This document shows positions 19,760 to 30,075 of a stretch of DNA of 64,000 nt, piece after piece. Below the pieces are notes generated by a model. It made no database searches, was not told the origin of the DNA, and saw only the letters and a list, made by a program, of their open reading frames with translations. Made by a program: the position numbers and the translations under genes. Numbering within the stretch: the first letter of the stretch is position 1; each line of letters begins with the position of its first letter. Source of the stretch: Candidatus Melainabacteria bacterium 17Bon1m (GTDB lineage: Bacteria > Cyanobacteriota > Vampirovibrionia > Obscuribacterales > Obscuribacteraceae); assembly GCA_032128875.1 (NCBI GenBank), contig JAVLKG010000003.1, positions 513,008 through 577,007 on the forward strand. The letters are read 5' to 3'.

Positions 19760-20992
19760 GTTTGTGCTGTCTTTTTTCTTCTTGCTCTTGGAGGGCTTTT
19801 CCTTCGACTTGGAGCTTGTTTCTTTGCTAGATTTGCTGACGCTGCTGGATTCTGATTTTGTTTCTGTCTTCTTGTTTTTTACTTCGTCGCTCGCGGGCTT
19901 CTCTGACTTGTCCGATTTATCTGATTTGTCTGACTTTTCGTCCTTTGCTGTTTCGTCTGCTTTGGATTTTGCGGAGTCAGATTCTGCGCTCGTTTTTTCC
20001 TTGCTTGAATCGCTTGTGGCTTCAGCTTTCTTTGCCGAGTCGTCGTCAGCTTTAGCAACCTCAGTCTTTTCGCTTGGGTCTTCTACTGTTTGCGGAATGA
20101 CGTTGAGACGTCTGGTGACGACAGTTATGCCCATCAAATGCGAGCGAGTGGCATTGGTGATGCCCACAGTCGCCATCAGCAATTCGTTGCGATTGCTTGT
20201 ATTGGCATACATCACGCGTTCGAGTGTTTCGCCGTCGATAATGCGCGGCTTGGCTTTGTCTTCATCACCTGCGGGTTGCGGGTATTTGAGCGGCTGGCTC
20301 ATGATGGACCCGATGGCGGTCAGCCCGACCGGAAGCGATATATCGACGCGTGCAGAATACTGGCGCCCCGATTTCACTTGCTCGGGAGCAGAGAAATTGG
20401 CGGTTAATTGGCGCGCCAGCCCATAGGAAACGCGCACCTTTTCATAGTCAATGCGATCGCCGATGATTTTCCAGACGCTGCCGTTTTTCTTCAGGTAAAC
20501 TTGCCCTTCCGAAACCGAGTTGAGTTCACCTTTTGTGCCGGTGTCAAGGTTTTCTTTGTCTGTAGTGCCGGTGGCTACATCTCTCGATTCTATGGTAGAG
20601 AAGTTGCCGTCGATGCGAACTTGTTTGATCTTCGAGTTTGACTTCGAGTCGGGATACTGTGACCAGAATTTCTTGGTTATAGAAGCAACAGCCTTCTTGT
20701 CCAGTCCGTCGTTATTGATGTAATCATCGGAATAGTGACTCATCACGCCGTCCAGGTCATGCGCGTTCCACTGCGTTTCTAAATTTGCCAGCAGCGATTC
20801 AATATCTTTGCGCTCTTTCTCGTTTTTCTTATTGTCCGGCTCGAGAACTGATTCGCCGCTTGCAGCTGTCGTAGCGGCAGGGGATGTTTCGATTGCCAAT
20901 GCGCTCGTATTGATACCCGCACTTGCGCAAAGTGCGAGTGATACCATCAGTGGTGTTAGTAAGTTTTTTCTTGCTGCTGTTTTCTTTGTCAT
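19751..20992 (-). CDS. secreted NTF2/SnoaL-like domain protein with charged low-complexity tail
   Basis: Signal peptide; WNAHDLDGVMSHYSDDYINNDG NTF2-like segment; APEQVK..TRRL domain; K/S/D/E-rich C-terminus. Confidence 0.8.
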   Translation of the reverse strand: MTKKTAARKNLLTPLMVSLALCASAGINTSALAIETSPAATTAASGESVLEPDNKKNEKERKDIESLLANLETQWNAHDLDGVMSHYSDDYINNDGLDKKAVASITKKFWSQYPDSKSNSKIKQVRIDGNFSTIESRDVATGTTDKENLDTGTKGELNSVSEGQVYLKKNGSVWKIIGDRIDYEKVRVSYGLARQLTANFSAPEQVKSGRQYSARVDISLPVGLTAIGSIMSQPLKYPQPAGDEDKAKPRIIDGETLERVMYANTSNRNELLMATVGITNATRSHLMGITVVTRRLNVIPQTVEDPSEKTEVAKADDDSAKKAEATSDSSKEKTSAESDSAKSKADETAKDEKSDKSDKSDKSEKPASDEVKNKKTETKSESSSVSKSSKETSSKSKEKPSKSKKKKDSTNPE

Positions 20993-21072
20993 TTTTGTCT
21001 TTGCCTTGCGGCATGCTCCGGGCTGTTCGACTAGATTATAACAATTGGGCATAAAACCTGTCGGGAAAAGCG

Positions 21073-21118
21073 CAGGGGAGCCGCAAGCGACTCCCCTGAC
21101 TGGGCGGCTAAGCCGTCC
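21073..21118. terminator. tandem hairpins downstream of mdh
   Basis: CAGGGGAG...CTCCCCTG and GGGCGGC-TAA-GCCGTCC. Confidence 0.55.
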
Positions 21119-21135
21119 TGCAGTTCTTAATGAGC

Positions 21136-22092
21136 TTAAACGGCAGCCGCGAGAAGCTCGTTCATCAAGTTGATGTTTTCCTTGATGGAATCTGCCGATT
21201 TCTTGAGCATTGCCGATTCTTCGTCGGTGAGCTTGAGTTCAACGATTTTGTCGAGACCCTTGCGGTTGAGAACAGCCGGCAGACCGATGTAAACGTCTTT
21301 GCTGAGACCGAATTCGCCCTTGGTTGGGAGTACTGCGCAAGGCAAGAGGCGGTTCTTGTCGAGAAGAATCGCTTCGACCATTTGCGAAACGGAGGAGCCT
21401 GGCGCGTAGTAGGCGCTGCCGGTGCCAAGCAGTTTGACGATTTCGGCGCCGCCGTCGCGGGTGCGGGCGCTCAATGCTTCAATGCGCTCTTTGGAAATCA
21501 GTTCGGTAATCGGAATGCCGTTGACCGAGGAGTAGCGCGGGAGCGGAACCATCAAATCGCCATGTCCGCCGAGCACCATGGCTCTCACGTCCTGGCAGCT
21601 GACATTCAATTCCATACCGATGAATGTTTGGAATCTGGCGCTGTCAAGAACGCCTGCCATACCAATAACGCGAGTGGAGTCGAGCTTGGTGGTTTCTCTA
21701 ACAAGGTAGGTCATAACATCGAGCGGGTTGGTTACGACGATGAAGATGGCGTTTGGAGATTGCTTGACAGCTTTCTCGGCAACTTCTTTGACGATCTTGG
21801 CGTTTGTGCGCAAGAGATCTTCGCGTGTCATACCGGGCTTACGGGCGATGCCGGCGGTGATGACAACGATGTCGGAGTCCTTGGAATGTGCGTAGTCTGA
21901 GGTTCCGATCAAACTGCGAGAGTGCCAGCCGCTAACGGGGGCTGCTTGCATCAAATCGAGAGCTTTGCCCTGTGCTACTCCCTCGAGATTCGGGATATCG
22001 ATCAAAACTACATCGGCCAGGTCTTTTTCGGCGACGTATTGGGCTACTGTACTGCCGACGAATCCGGCTCCGACAACTGTTACTTTGCTCAC
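21136..22092 (-). CDS. mdh: malate dehydrogenase (LDH-like)
   Basis: GAGFVG, GKALD, AGIARKPGMTREDL, NPLD, LDSARF, GGHGD; GTG start with GGAGG. Confidence 0.96.
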   Translation of the reverse strand: MSKVTVVGAGFVGSTVAQYVAEKDLADVVLIDIPNLEGVAQGKALDLMQAAPVSGWHSRSLIGTSDYAHSKDSDIVVITAGIARKPGMTREDLLRTNAKIVKEVAEKAVKQSPNAIFIVVTNPLDVMTYLVRETTKLDSTRVIGMAGVLDSARFQTFIGMELNVSCQDVRAMVLGGHGDLMVPLPRYSSVNGIPITELISKERIEALSARTRDGGAEIVKLLGTGSAYYAPGSSVSQMVEAILLDKNRLLPCAVLPTKGEFGLSKDVYIGLPAVLNRKGLDKIVELKLTDEESAMLKKSADSIKENINLMNELLAAAV

Positions 22093-22326
22093 GACTGAAA
22101 CCTCCAACCTGTCAAAACTGGCTGCCAGATTAGCATGAGGTCCATATAGACCCGTCGGAGCTTAAGCAAAGGTTTTGATTAGGTTTAAGACAAGGATCCA
22201 ATGGGGTGGGAACACCCTCATCCTCTTGTCGTCATTTTTTGACATCAGGGCAGTTACAAAAGGTGGAGGACCTTGGCTTTCGGGTAAACCCACTTTCAAA
22301 TAAGGTGCCTCGGAGTTATTCTAGGT

Positions 22327-23085
22327 ATGCAGCTTATTAGTAAAGAGCAGTCTATGACCGCCAACAGCACAAAAATGCAGCTTTTGAGTTCTCGTCGGCA
22401 CATTGGGAGGGTTTTCTCATCTGGCTCCTTGATGGGTGCTGGTATTGTCAGAAAGGTGCTGCCAGCTGCCGCCGTAGCCTGCCTTTTCGTTCCGCCAACC
22501 TTTTTTGAGCCGGCTTTAGCTGATGACGAGATTCTGCTCAAGCCCGATGTACCTAAAATGGATACCCCAGTCGACGCGCCGGCCAAGACGCTTAAGGGCA
22601 CTGTCCAGCATAGCCACAAGCAAGCAGATCAGCAGCGTAAGCCCGTTTCGGCGGGGGTAACTCAGTCCCGTTCTAACCTCGGCGCTGCTGGAACAGGCAA
22701 GATGGCTCCTCCTCGTCGTGCGCAAGCAAAGGCGCAGACCGGAATTAATATGCTGAATACCGGGACCCTTTCGGGGATTGGCATCATCGGCGTTAAATTC
22801 GAGATGATCATCGGGCGCCCGCCCACGATAAAGATCGTATTTTCAGGGACTCCGGCCTCGGACGAAGGTATTAGACCCAACGATGTCATTGTTGCCGTCG
22901 ATGGTGTTCCTACATATGGACTCACCAAAGAAGAGGTTTACGACCTGATTGTCGGCACGCCGCATACGCCGGTCACCTTGTCTTTGCAGAGGGGCGGAGA
23001 CTTTTCAGTCAAGCGGCTCACGCGCATGGACTTTAATGAAATCCCCGATCCGCAAGTCAAAGCCGACTACTTGAAGAGCTTGTAG
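22327..23085 (+). CDS. secreted PDZ-domain protein
   Basis: GIIGVKF carboxylate loop, GTPASDEGIRPNDVIVAVDG; signal-like PALA; start uncertain. Confidence 0.8.
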   Translation: MQLISKEQSMTANSTKMQLLSSRRHIGRVFSSGSLMGAGIVRKVLPAAAVACLFVPPTFFEPALADDEILLKPDVPKMDTPVDAPAKTLKGTVQHSHKQADQQRKPVSAGVTQSRSNLGAAGTGKMAPPRRAQAKAQTGINMLNTGTLSGIGIIGVKFEMIIGRPPTIKIVFSGTPASDEGIRPNDVIVAVDGVPTYGLTKEEVYDLIVGTPHTPVTLSLQRGGDFSVKRLTRMDFNEIPDPQVKADYLKSL

Positions 23086-23137
23086 CCAATCGGGCTTTTA
23101 AGGGTGTCGAGACTTAGAATCTGGTAAACTTTTGGGC

Positions 23138-24010
23138 ATGCGACTTTGTTTTGATGCCACCAGATTTGGTTGCGGTTTGGACGGCGCGGTTGAGCTTGCC
23201 GCCGAGCGCGGATTGACGGCTGTCGAGTATTCATTCCAGCCCTTTGACGTCACGCAGAAGGCTCCTTCTCTCGACAAAACAGAGAAGGCTTATCTGGCGG
23301 AGGTCAAGAAGGCTTGCCGCGAAACAGGCGTGGAGATTAGTTGCCTTAATCTGGATTACGCAGTCGATCCCGAAGACAAGAAAGCCGTCAAGAAGTTTTT
23401 GCAGATGGTAGCTAAGCTGGCTCTTGTAGCCGACGCGGCCGGCTGCCATCGCATTTCTGTTTCTGTAAACGTTGGTGCGAACGGTTCTTGGCGCGAGTCT
23501 GTGGTGGAGTTGCTTGCCGAAGCACAAAAAATCGCCGCCAAAAAGAATTTGCGTTTGACGCTCAGATTGTCTACACCACAGGAATTTCGCGGGCAGTCCT
23601 TGAAAGGCTGGCGGGCAATGGAGCCCCAAGACTGGCGCGACATCCTTTCATCGTGCCCTGATTTGAGCCTTAGTTTTTCGCCTGCCGACTGCGTTTGGCT
23701 TGGTATCGACTATTTGAAAATACTTTCCGGTCTTGTTGCTGCGATAGATCATGTGGAAGCGCACGACATAGAAATCAACCGCACACTTTTGAATGACAGT
23801 GGAATGTACGGTCCTCTTTGGTGGCGCTATCGCATGCCGGGCAAAGGGCAGGTAGACTGGAGTCAGTTGATTGAATTGTTGAAGCTGTACGATTTCTCCG
23901 GCACAGTCTCCATTCATCTGGACGACGAGTTTATCGGAGAAGAAGCAGAAGACCTTGGAGATGCGCTGACCCGCAGCGTGAAAGTACTCGCCCCACTAGT
24001 TAAAGATTGA
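23138..24010 (+). CDS. sugar phosphate isomerase/epimerase-like TIM barrel (AP_endonuc_2 family)
   Basis: WLGID, WWRYRMPGKGQVDW, DFSGTVSI family motifs; metal ligands atypical. Confidence 0.8.
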   Translation: MRLCFDATRFGCGLDGAVELAAERGLTAVEYSFQPFDVTQKAPSLDKTEKAYLAEVKKACRETGVEISCLNLDYAVDPEDKKAVKKFLQMVAKLALVADAAGCHRISVSVNVGANGSWRESVVELLAEAQKIAAKKNLRLTLRLSTPQEFRGQSLKGWRAMEPQDWRDILSSCPDLSLSFSPADCVWLGIDYLKILSGLVAAIDHVEAHDIEINRTLLNDSGMYGPLWWRYRMPGKGQVDWSQLIELLKLYDFSGTVSIHLDDEFIGEEAEDLGDALTRSVKVLAPLVKD

Positions 24011-24016
24011 GGTTAA

Positions 24017-26923
24017 GTGCAGATGGCTCAGACGGACAAAGAGCTGAATTTCTATCTGCACACTCACTGGGACAGAGAGTGGTATTTGCCATTTGAGACT
24101 TTTAGAACGCAGCTAGTCACTGTTGTCCGCAGAGTTCTCGACTTGATAGAATCCGGGGCCATTCCCAACTTTCTTTTAGATGGTCAATCTCTTGCGCTTG
24201 AAGATGCCGCCGAAATTGATCCAACCTTGAAGGCACGCCTGGCCAAACAAATGGAGGGCGGCAAGCTTGGCGCCGGTCCCTGGATGGTTTTGGCAGATCA
24301 AATGCTGGTAGGCGGCGAAAGTTTGATACGCAATCTCAAGATCGGCATGAGTGCTTGCAAGCAATTCGGACCGCCAGTGCCTGTCGGTTATTGTCCGGAC
24401 ACCTTCGGGCACTCTCAGGATTTGCCGCGCATTCTGAATGGTTTTGGAATTAAAAACGCCTTTGTCTGGCGCGGTGTTCCGGGCGGATTGAACAATACTG
24501 TGTTCGAGTGGCAGAGCCCCGATGGCAGTCATGTTAATGCTTACCATCTGTGTTTTGGTTACTACCAAACGATGTTTCATGGTGAGGTTGATATCGCTAA
24601 GCTGGCTGAGAGGCTGGAGCTTTGGGCAAACCTTGAAGGTCCAAAACTAGTGCCGGTTGGAGGCGACCACCTCTTGCCCCCGGCTGGTTTTTCGAAAGCT
24701 ATAAAAGATGTTGAAAAGCAACTGACTACGCGTGGTATTAAGTTGAATTTCCTGACACCGCCTCTTTCCGAGTTTGCTGCGTCCATCGAAAAATTTGCTG
24801 ACTTGCCGAAAGTAAAGGGCGAGTTGAGAGACAATGCATTCGCCTCTCAGTTCGAGCGCGCATACATGCTTCAAGGTGTGCTGTCGTCCCGGCTGTATCT
24901 GAAGCGCGCCAATCGCATTCAAGAGCATCGCCTGGCAAGTATTATTGAACCTCTGCTCACTTTGATTTCTCTTCGTGGTTCTCTGCCCTACCCAAATTGG
25001 GAGCTAGAACACGCATGGAAGCTGCTCATCGCCAATCATCCGCATGACAGTATCTGTGGCTGCAGCGTCGATCAGGTGCATGATGAAATGGTTATTCGCA
25101 CCAACCGCTTTCACCAAGCTCTGGATGCCGTTGAGAAGAAAGCAGCGCAGGCTGTCTACAAAGGTGTCGGGAAAAACGAAATTGCGCGTTTTTCTCGTGC
25201 ACTAAATATGGTGGCGGACCCGAAATTGTCTCCCACTCGCTTGCTTGCTTACAATTTGAGCCAAGATGAAGTTTCGGCGCCTGTGCGCTTTCAATGGGCT
25301 GAGGAAGTGTTGTCGCCGGAGACAGAGAAGGCGGAAGCCGCTTCAGCCAGTATGCAAATCAGATCTTCGCCAGCGCTGGCTGTTGCTGGATTGACTGCTG
25401 CGAAAGACTCCGGACCGCTGATGCTGGGGAAGAATTCCGTGGCGCTTTCGGAAACTCTTCAGATTGTCTCGATGAGAGAGGAGTCACAAGTGTTCACGGC
25501 GGTGGGTGAAGAGCCCGTCGAGAAGCGCATTAAACTGTACGATGGATGGGTTTGGATCGATAAGCTTCCGCCCTTTTCTATGCAAACATCTGACTGGGGT
25601 GCCATCGGCGATGGTGGCAATGGTAAATCAGGTAAATCGAGTGCGGCGCCGGTAATTTTGGAGCCGCGTGGTGTTAGTAATGGCTTGCTGCGGCTTGAAA
25701 TCACTGATGCCGGCAGCCTTGTCGTGGAAGCGACCCCACCAACCGGAAGTCCCATCAGGTATGAGCTTGGACATTCATTTAGAGACGTAGCTGATGCCGG
25801 TGACACTTACAATCACGATCCGATTGTTGCCGATGTGCCGGTAATTTCTCGTGTCTTAACTGTCTCGCAAAGACAGCGTGGTCCGCTCGTCGGCTCGCTT
25901 TCCGTCACCTATGAGCTGGAGATTCCGCTTCGCGTAATTGAGATGGAAAGTGAGGATGCAATTCCATTTGAGAAACCGGGTGTGCCCGAACGTGCGGTCA
26001 AGTATGTTCGTTCTGTTGAATTGATTAAGCATGAAGTCACGACAGAGATTTTGCTGAAGAAGGGCATTCCGATTGTATTCTTCGAAACGAAGTGGAATAA
26101 CCGTGCTGAAGATCACCGCTTGGAGGTGGTTTTCTCTACATCGAAAAAAGTGGAAAAAACTCTCTCTGAAAATCACTTTAGTGTGGTGAAGCGCAAGCAT
26201 ACAGGCTCTCCCGAAGCACTGCCTGTTGCTGCAGGTCATGAAGCTGCTCTAGACAGATTCCCTTGCCAGCGTTTCTTCCTGGCTGAGAAACAGGCATTTT
26301 TCAATCAAGGGCTGCCAGAGTATGGCACGCATGATAAGAGCGTTTCTATAACTGTGTTGCGCGCCGTCTCCAAACTTTCACGACCACGCTTGCGCACTCG
26401 TGGGGGAGGTGCTGGCCCTTCTCTTGCCACTCCTGGCGCGAATTCCCTGGGCGAAAACATAGTCAATTATGGCTGGGCGCCGCTGGGTGTGTTTAGCGAA
26501 ACAAAAGCTACGGACCACGATCAGCTCTCGGAAGCATACGCGCTCGCCGATCAATATGAAGGTATGACCTGGTTACTCTTGACCGGCAGCGACTCAGAAA
26601 ATGCAGTCGTTGGCGAATCTAAGGACTCTAGAGATTCTACAGAAGCCACGAGCCCGTTTCTGCGACTGGACAACAACGCAGTGCGCGTTCGCTCGATGCA
26701 CATGGATCAATCAGGAAAATCCGTTTTCGTACGCTTGCTGAACGTCACCAATGAACCTCAGGCGCTTAACTGTTCTGTCGCTGCTTCGGTTAAGGCTGGA
26801 AGCCTCACCAGGCTGGACGGAATGGACATTTTAAAGATGGAATTTATTGATAAATCGGAGCGAAAGGAAGCGCAAATCACGCTCTCTCAGAATGAATTGA
26901 CCACTCTGAAGCTAGATCTTTAG
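24017..26923 (+). CDS. glycoside hydrolase family 38 alpha-mannosidase
   Basis: HTHWDREWY, LDGQ, PDTFGH, HPHDSICGCSVD, D.GDTYN. Confidence 0.93.
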   Translation: MQMAQTDKELNFYLHTHWDREWYLPFETFRTQLVTVVRRVLDLIESGAIPNFLLDGQSLALEDAAEIDPTLKARLAKQMEGGKLGAGPWMVLADQMLVGGESLIRNLKIGMSACKQFGPPVPVGYCPDTFGHSQDLPRILNGFGIKNAFVWRGVPGGLNNTVFEWQSPDGSHVNAYHLCFGYYQTMFHGEVDIAKLAERLELWANLEGPKLVPVGGDHLLPPAGFSKAIKDVEKQLTTRGIKLNFLTPPLSEFAASIEKFADLPKVKGELRDNAFASQFERAYMLQGVLSSRLYLKRANRIQEHRLASIIEPLLTLISLRGSLPYPNWELEHAWKLLIANHPHDSICGCSVDQVHDEMVIRTNRFHQALDAVEKKAAQAVYKGVGKNEIARFSRALNMVADPKLSPTRLLAYNLSQDEVSAPVRFQWAEEVLSPETEKAEAASASMQIRSSPALAVAGLTAAKDSGPLMLGKNSVALSETLQIVSMREESQVFTAVGEEPVEKRIKLYDGWVWIDKLPPFSMQTSDWGAIGDGGNGKSGKSSAAPVILEPRGVSNGLLRLEITDAGSLVVEATPPTGSPIRYELGHSFRDVADAGDTYNHDPIVADVPVISRVLTVSQRQRGPLVGSLSVTYELEIPLRVIEMESEDAIPFEKPGVPERAVKYVRSVELIKHEVTTEILLKKGIPIVFFETKWNNRAEDHRLEVVFSTSKKVEKTLSENHFSVVKRKHTGSPEALPVAAGHEAALDRFPCQRFFLAEKQAFFNQGLPEYGTHDKSVSITVLRAVSKLSRPRLRTRGGGAGPSLATPGANSLGENIVNYGWAPLGVFSETKATDHDQLSEAYALADQYEGMTWLLLTGSDSENAVVGESKDSRDSTEATSPFLRLDNNAVRVRSMHMDQSGKSVFVRLLNVTNEPQALNCSVAASVKAGSLTRLDGMDILKMEFIDKSERKEAQITLSQNELTTLKLDL

Positions 26924-26997
26924 CTTTTCGTGGAACAACAAGCTGGAATGGCTTCCGGTAGAATGACCGGAAGAGGCTTGAGAGCAATCGAGGAATT

Positions 26998-27936
26998 TTG
27001 ACCGTGAAACGCAGTATTTCGGTGCAGCTGAGGTGGCAAGCGCTCGCGCTGGCGGCAGTGGGTGGGATTCTGTTGATACAGCCAGCCCTTGCACGCAAAT
27101 CTTGGCCTGGTTCGCCGCTTACTGATGAGGCTCAGATTGAGCTAGAGCGTGCCTCGAAGTACATGAAAAACAATCCTGCAAAAGCAATGCCGGGAATTAT
27201 GAATGCGCTGAATACGGCGACTGATATTCCGAAGTGTTTGGCTATTGCCGCCTACACCGAACGTTATGGACATCCGATGTTGGAAGCTCGTCGCGCCTGC
27301 ATCACCAAGGCTCTAACCTTCTGTCAGACTCGCGAGGATTATATTCAACTTGCATTGAAAGCCAGGCAGTATGGATGTTTTGAAGTTACTCGCTCGGCTG
27401 TGAATAATTTGGTTGGAAATTCCGATAGCGTCGAGGAGTTGCTGGATCTGGCTCATAAGGCCCAGGAAGTAGCCCTCAACGACATCAGTCATTTGGCAAT
27501 GGAAAAAGCCTATAACAAGGCCGATTCAGTAGAGGAAGCGCTCAAATTTGCGCGTGAAGCGAAGGTTATGGGCATGGAAGATTTGAGCCGAAAGGCCACC
27601 AAAGAGCTAATCGATGATGAGCCGGAAGCTCATGAACTCTGCGCTTTGCTTCGCAGTATTGAACCGCTCGACCATAAAGACCTCAATCGTTACCTGCTGA
27701 AAAAAGCGATCGACCAGTCCAGAACTGTTTCGGATTATCGCGATGTTTATGACTCTGCTCGCCGTACCGGGCACGCCGATATTTTGAAACTTGCTGAATT
27801 CCGCGGCAGAAAAATGCAGATTTTGAACAAATACAATGCCAGCAGGGCAGACTATCAGCAGAAAGTCGACGCTGCGCGCGCTCAACAAGGGCAGCAACAA
27901 CAACAGCAGTCGCAAGGTTTGCCGACTGGGTTCTAA
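26998..27936 (+). CDS. secreted alpha-helical repeat protein with poly-Gln tail
   Basis: Signal peptide ending PALA; 33-aa periodicity; QQGQQQQQQSQ near C-terminus. Confidence 0.8.
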   Translation: MTVKRSISVQLRWQALALAAVGGILLIQPALARKSWPGSPLTDEAQIELERASKYMKNNPAKAMPGIMNALNTATDIPKCLAIAAYTERYGHPMLEARRACITKALTFCQTREDYIQLALKARQYGCFEVTRSAVNNLVGNSDSVEELLDLAHKAQEVALNDISHLAMEKAYNKADSVEEALKFAREAKVMGMEDLSRKATKELIDDEPEAHELCALLRSIEPLDHKDLNRYLLKKAIDQSRTVSDYRDVYDSARRTGHADILKLAEFRGRKMQILNKYNASRADYQQKVDAARAQQGQQQQQQSQGLPTGF

Positions 27937-27979
27937 CTAGTAAGGCAAGCGCATGCGCTTGCCTTACAACTCTTTGATG

Positions 27980-28729
27980 TTAAGTAAAAACAGCCAGTGC
28001 CATAAGACAAACCAGTTCAGAGATTTCAACTGTGGCGCCGTATGTGTCGCCGGTTTGCCCGCCCAGCTTTCTATTCATTATGTGGCTGAAGATGACACCG
28101 GCGGCGATGCAGAAAATCATTGCGGTCCAAACGATTGGATATCCGACCAGTCCGAATGCTAGTGTCACTGCCAGTGGTGGCAGTGCTCCCTTGACCAAAT
28201 CAATAGGATAGACGGTCGTGTCGTGCCAGATTTTTCCCTTGCCATGCTCTTTTACGTAGGCAAACTTGCCGATTGCATAAAGCTCGCACCAGCGAGCCCA
28301 TGCTGGAATAACTATCAAACAAGCGCCTAAAGAAGCGCCGGTTAACGAATATAGAGTGACAAATTTGCCGAGCAGAACGATAAAGCCTGTAATCGCTCCG
28401 AAGTTGCCAACGCGGCTATCTGCCATGATTTCGAGCATGCGTTCTTTGCTTTGATGGGAAAAGATGCCATCAGCGGCGTCCATCAACCCGTCGAAGTGCA
28501 ATCCATTTGTAAGGATGAGCCAGGTGACTGTAAGAAGAAATCCGACAACAATCGGTTCTGCTCGGCTCACCGAAAGTACGCTATTCAAGGCGAAAAGCAA
28601 CGTCCCGATAATCAAACCTGCACATGGAAGATATTTGGATAGCCCATGCAAAAGCATTGGTTCATCGAAATCAATTCTTGTAAGCGGCAAGCAGGTGACG
28701 TAAGAAACGGCCACCTTCAAACGCTGCAA
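27980..28729 (-). CDS. cobS: adenosylcobinamide-GDP ribazoletransferase (cobalamin synthase)
   Basis: GLHFDGLMDAADG, LEIMADSRVGNFG, GGQTGDTYGA..E; TTG start at 28729 gives 249 aa. Confidence 0.93.
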   Translation of the reverse strand: MQRLKVAVSYVTCLPLTRIDFDEPMLLHGLSKYLPCAGLIIGTLLFALNSVLSVSRAEPIVVGFLLTVTWLILTNGLHFDGLMDAADGIFSHQSKERMLEIMADSRVGNFGAITGFIVLLGKFVTLYSLTGASLGACLIVIPAWARWCELYAIGKFAYVKEHGKGKIWHDTTVYPIDLVKGALPPLAVTLAFGLVGYPIVWTAMIFCIAAGVIFSHIMNRKLGGQTGDTYGATVEISELVCLMALAVFT

Positions 28730-28733
28730 ATGC

Positions 28734-30059
28734 TTATACACTGGGGAGCTCCAGTTGTACGCTTTCGTGAACTTCCGCCGTGTATTCAGGGCGCTCCGGA
28801 AATACGGAGCTATTTCCAATTACAAGCAGCTCGCGCCTCTCGTCGTAGTAATTCACCAGTTCTTCGATTTGATTGATAAAGTCTGGATCTGTCTCAAAGG
28901 ATTGCGCTTTGCAAACTATGGTTTCCATCATTTGATCTGAATTGGTGCCCTTTTGAACGTTTTCCGCCCAGGGCATTTGCAAATGTTCCATCAGTCCCCC
29001 CACCACATCCGGTGTCACGGGCAGTGGTTCAGTCATCGGCAAACCGTAAGCGAAAATCAAGCGCTGGTAGTTGTTTTCCATAAAAGCCCGGTGTGGTCCG
29101 ATTATGTCTGACGCCCACGACATGACAAGCAAAGTTCTCTCCGGGCGATTCGGACCCTTGTAGCTATCCGAAGGAATCGAAAGAAGTTCTGCCAGCATTT
29201 TCGAGAGCGGGCGAGAATAAGTGCTGTAATACTCGACAATTTCAAGATCGACGCGCAATCCTTGTAGTAGTCCTTTGAGGAGCGCCAACATCTGAGCAAT
29301 CTTTTGCGGACCTTCCAGAGTTGTTCCTTTTTCAGCTTGCGGGCGTAAGAGGATAGACCCGTACAATATGTACAGCCAGTCTCTATAAGTGAATACCGAC
29401 TTGCTTTGCATGCGCTCGAGCCGTTTCAATACCGTTTTTCTATGCGCAATTTCCTTCTTCTCGTCGTCTTCTTCAGCAAGGCTTTCCAGCCCTTTCAGCA
29501 TGCCGCGCGCTTCTTCAATACGTCGTGTTAGTGTGTAGCAAACAGCCAAATTGAGCGAAGTATCAAAATCCTTTTCTTTCTCGCCGGCTTTCTCGAAGTA
29601 TTTTGTGGCTTGGTGAAATTTACCCTGCGACATCAAGGAGAACCCGAGCTCATAGTTGATGACAGGCTCGTTTGGATGAAGCTTGATGCAGCGCTCCAAA
29701 AGCATGGACGCGAGTTCGTGAAGTCGAACATCTATTAGCGCGTGACTCGATTCGAATAGGATAGTCGCAAGCTCGCTATCTGCAAGTTTTCCTGCATTGC
29801 TGTCACCGGAAGCCGTCGTCACTTGTGTATGCTCGGCGTGCATCGTCTTTGAAAGACGCTCCAGCTTTTCAGACAAATCTGTGCGACCGGCTTCATTCAT
29901 GACGCGGCTTAGAAGTGCCGCCGCTTCTGCATCGTCCGGATGCGTCAACCAATACTGTTTTACTGCGAGCAACGATTGTTCGAGTTGCCCGTCATCGAGC
30001 AAATTCTGCGCCGCCATCAGCGTATGCAAATCAGCCGAACTTGCTTCATTCTGGGTCAC
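28734..30059 (-). CDS. TPR-containing protein with unknown C-terminal alpha/beta domain
   Basis: YELGFSLMSQGKFHQATKYFEKA TPR units; between lipA and cobS with short gaps. Confidence 0.75.
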   Translation of the reverse strand: MTQNEASSADLHTLMAAQNLLDDGQLEQSLLAVKQYWLTHPDDAEAAALLSRVMNEAGRTDLSEKLERLSKTMHAEHTQVTTASGDSNAGKLADSELATILFESSHALIDVRLHELASMLLERCIKLHPNEPVINYELGFSLMSQGKFHQATKYFEKAGEKEKDFDTSLNLAVCYTLTRRIEEARGMLKGLESLAEEDDEKKEIAHRKTVLKRLERMQSKSVFTYRDWLYILYGSILLRPQAEKGTTLEGPQKIAQMLALLKGLLQGLRVDLEIVEYYSTYSRPLSKMLAELLSIPSDSYKGPNRPERTLLVMSWASDIIGPHRAFMENNYQRLIFAYGLPMTEPLPVTPDVVGGLMEHLQMPWAENVQKGTNSDQMMETIVCKAQSFETDPDFINQIEELVNYYDERRELLVIGNSSVFPERPEYTAEVHESVQLELPSV

Positions 30060-30075
30060 GAAACAACCTCATCAA

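Noticed and set aside
19635-20426. 263-aa Ser/Leu/Phe-rich plus-strand ORF
   Set aside because: Antisense reflection of the K/S/D/E-rich tail of the NTF2-like gene
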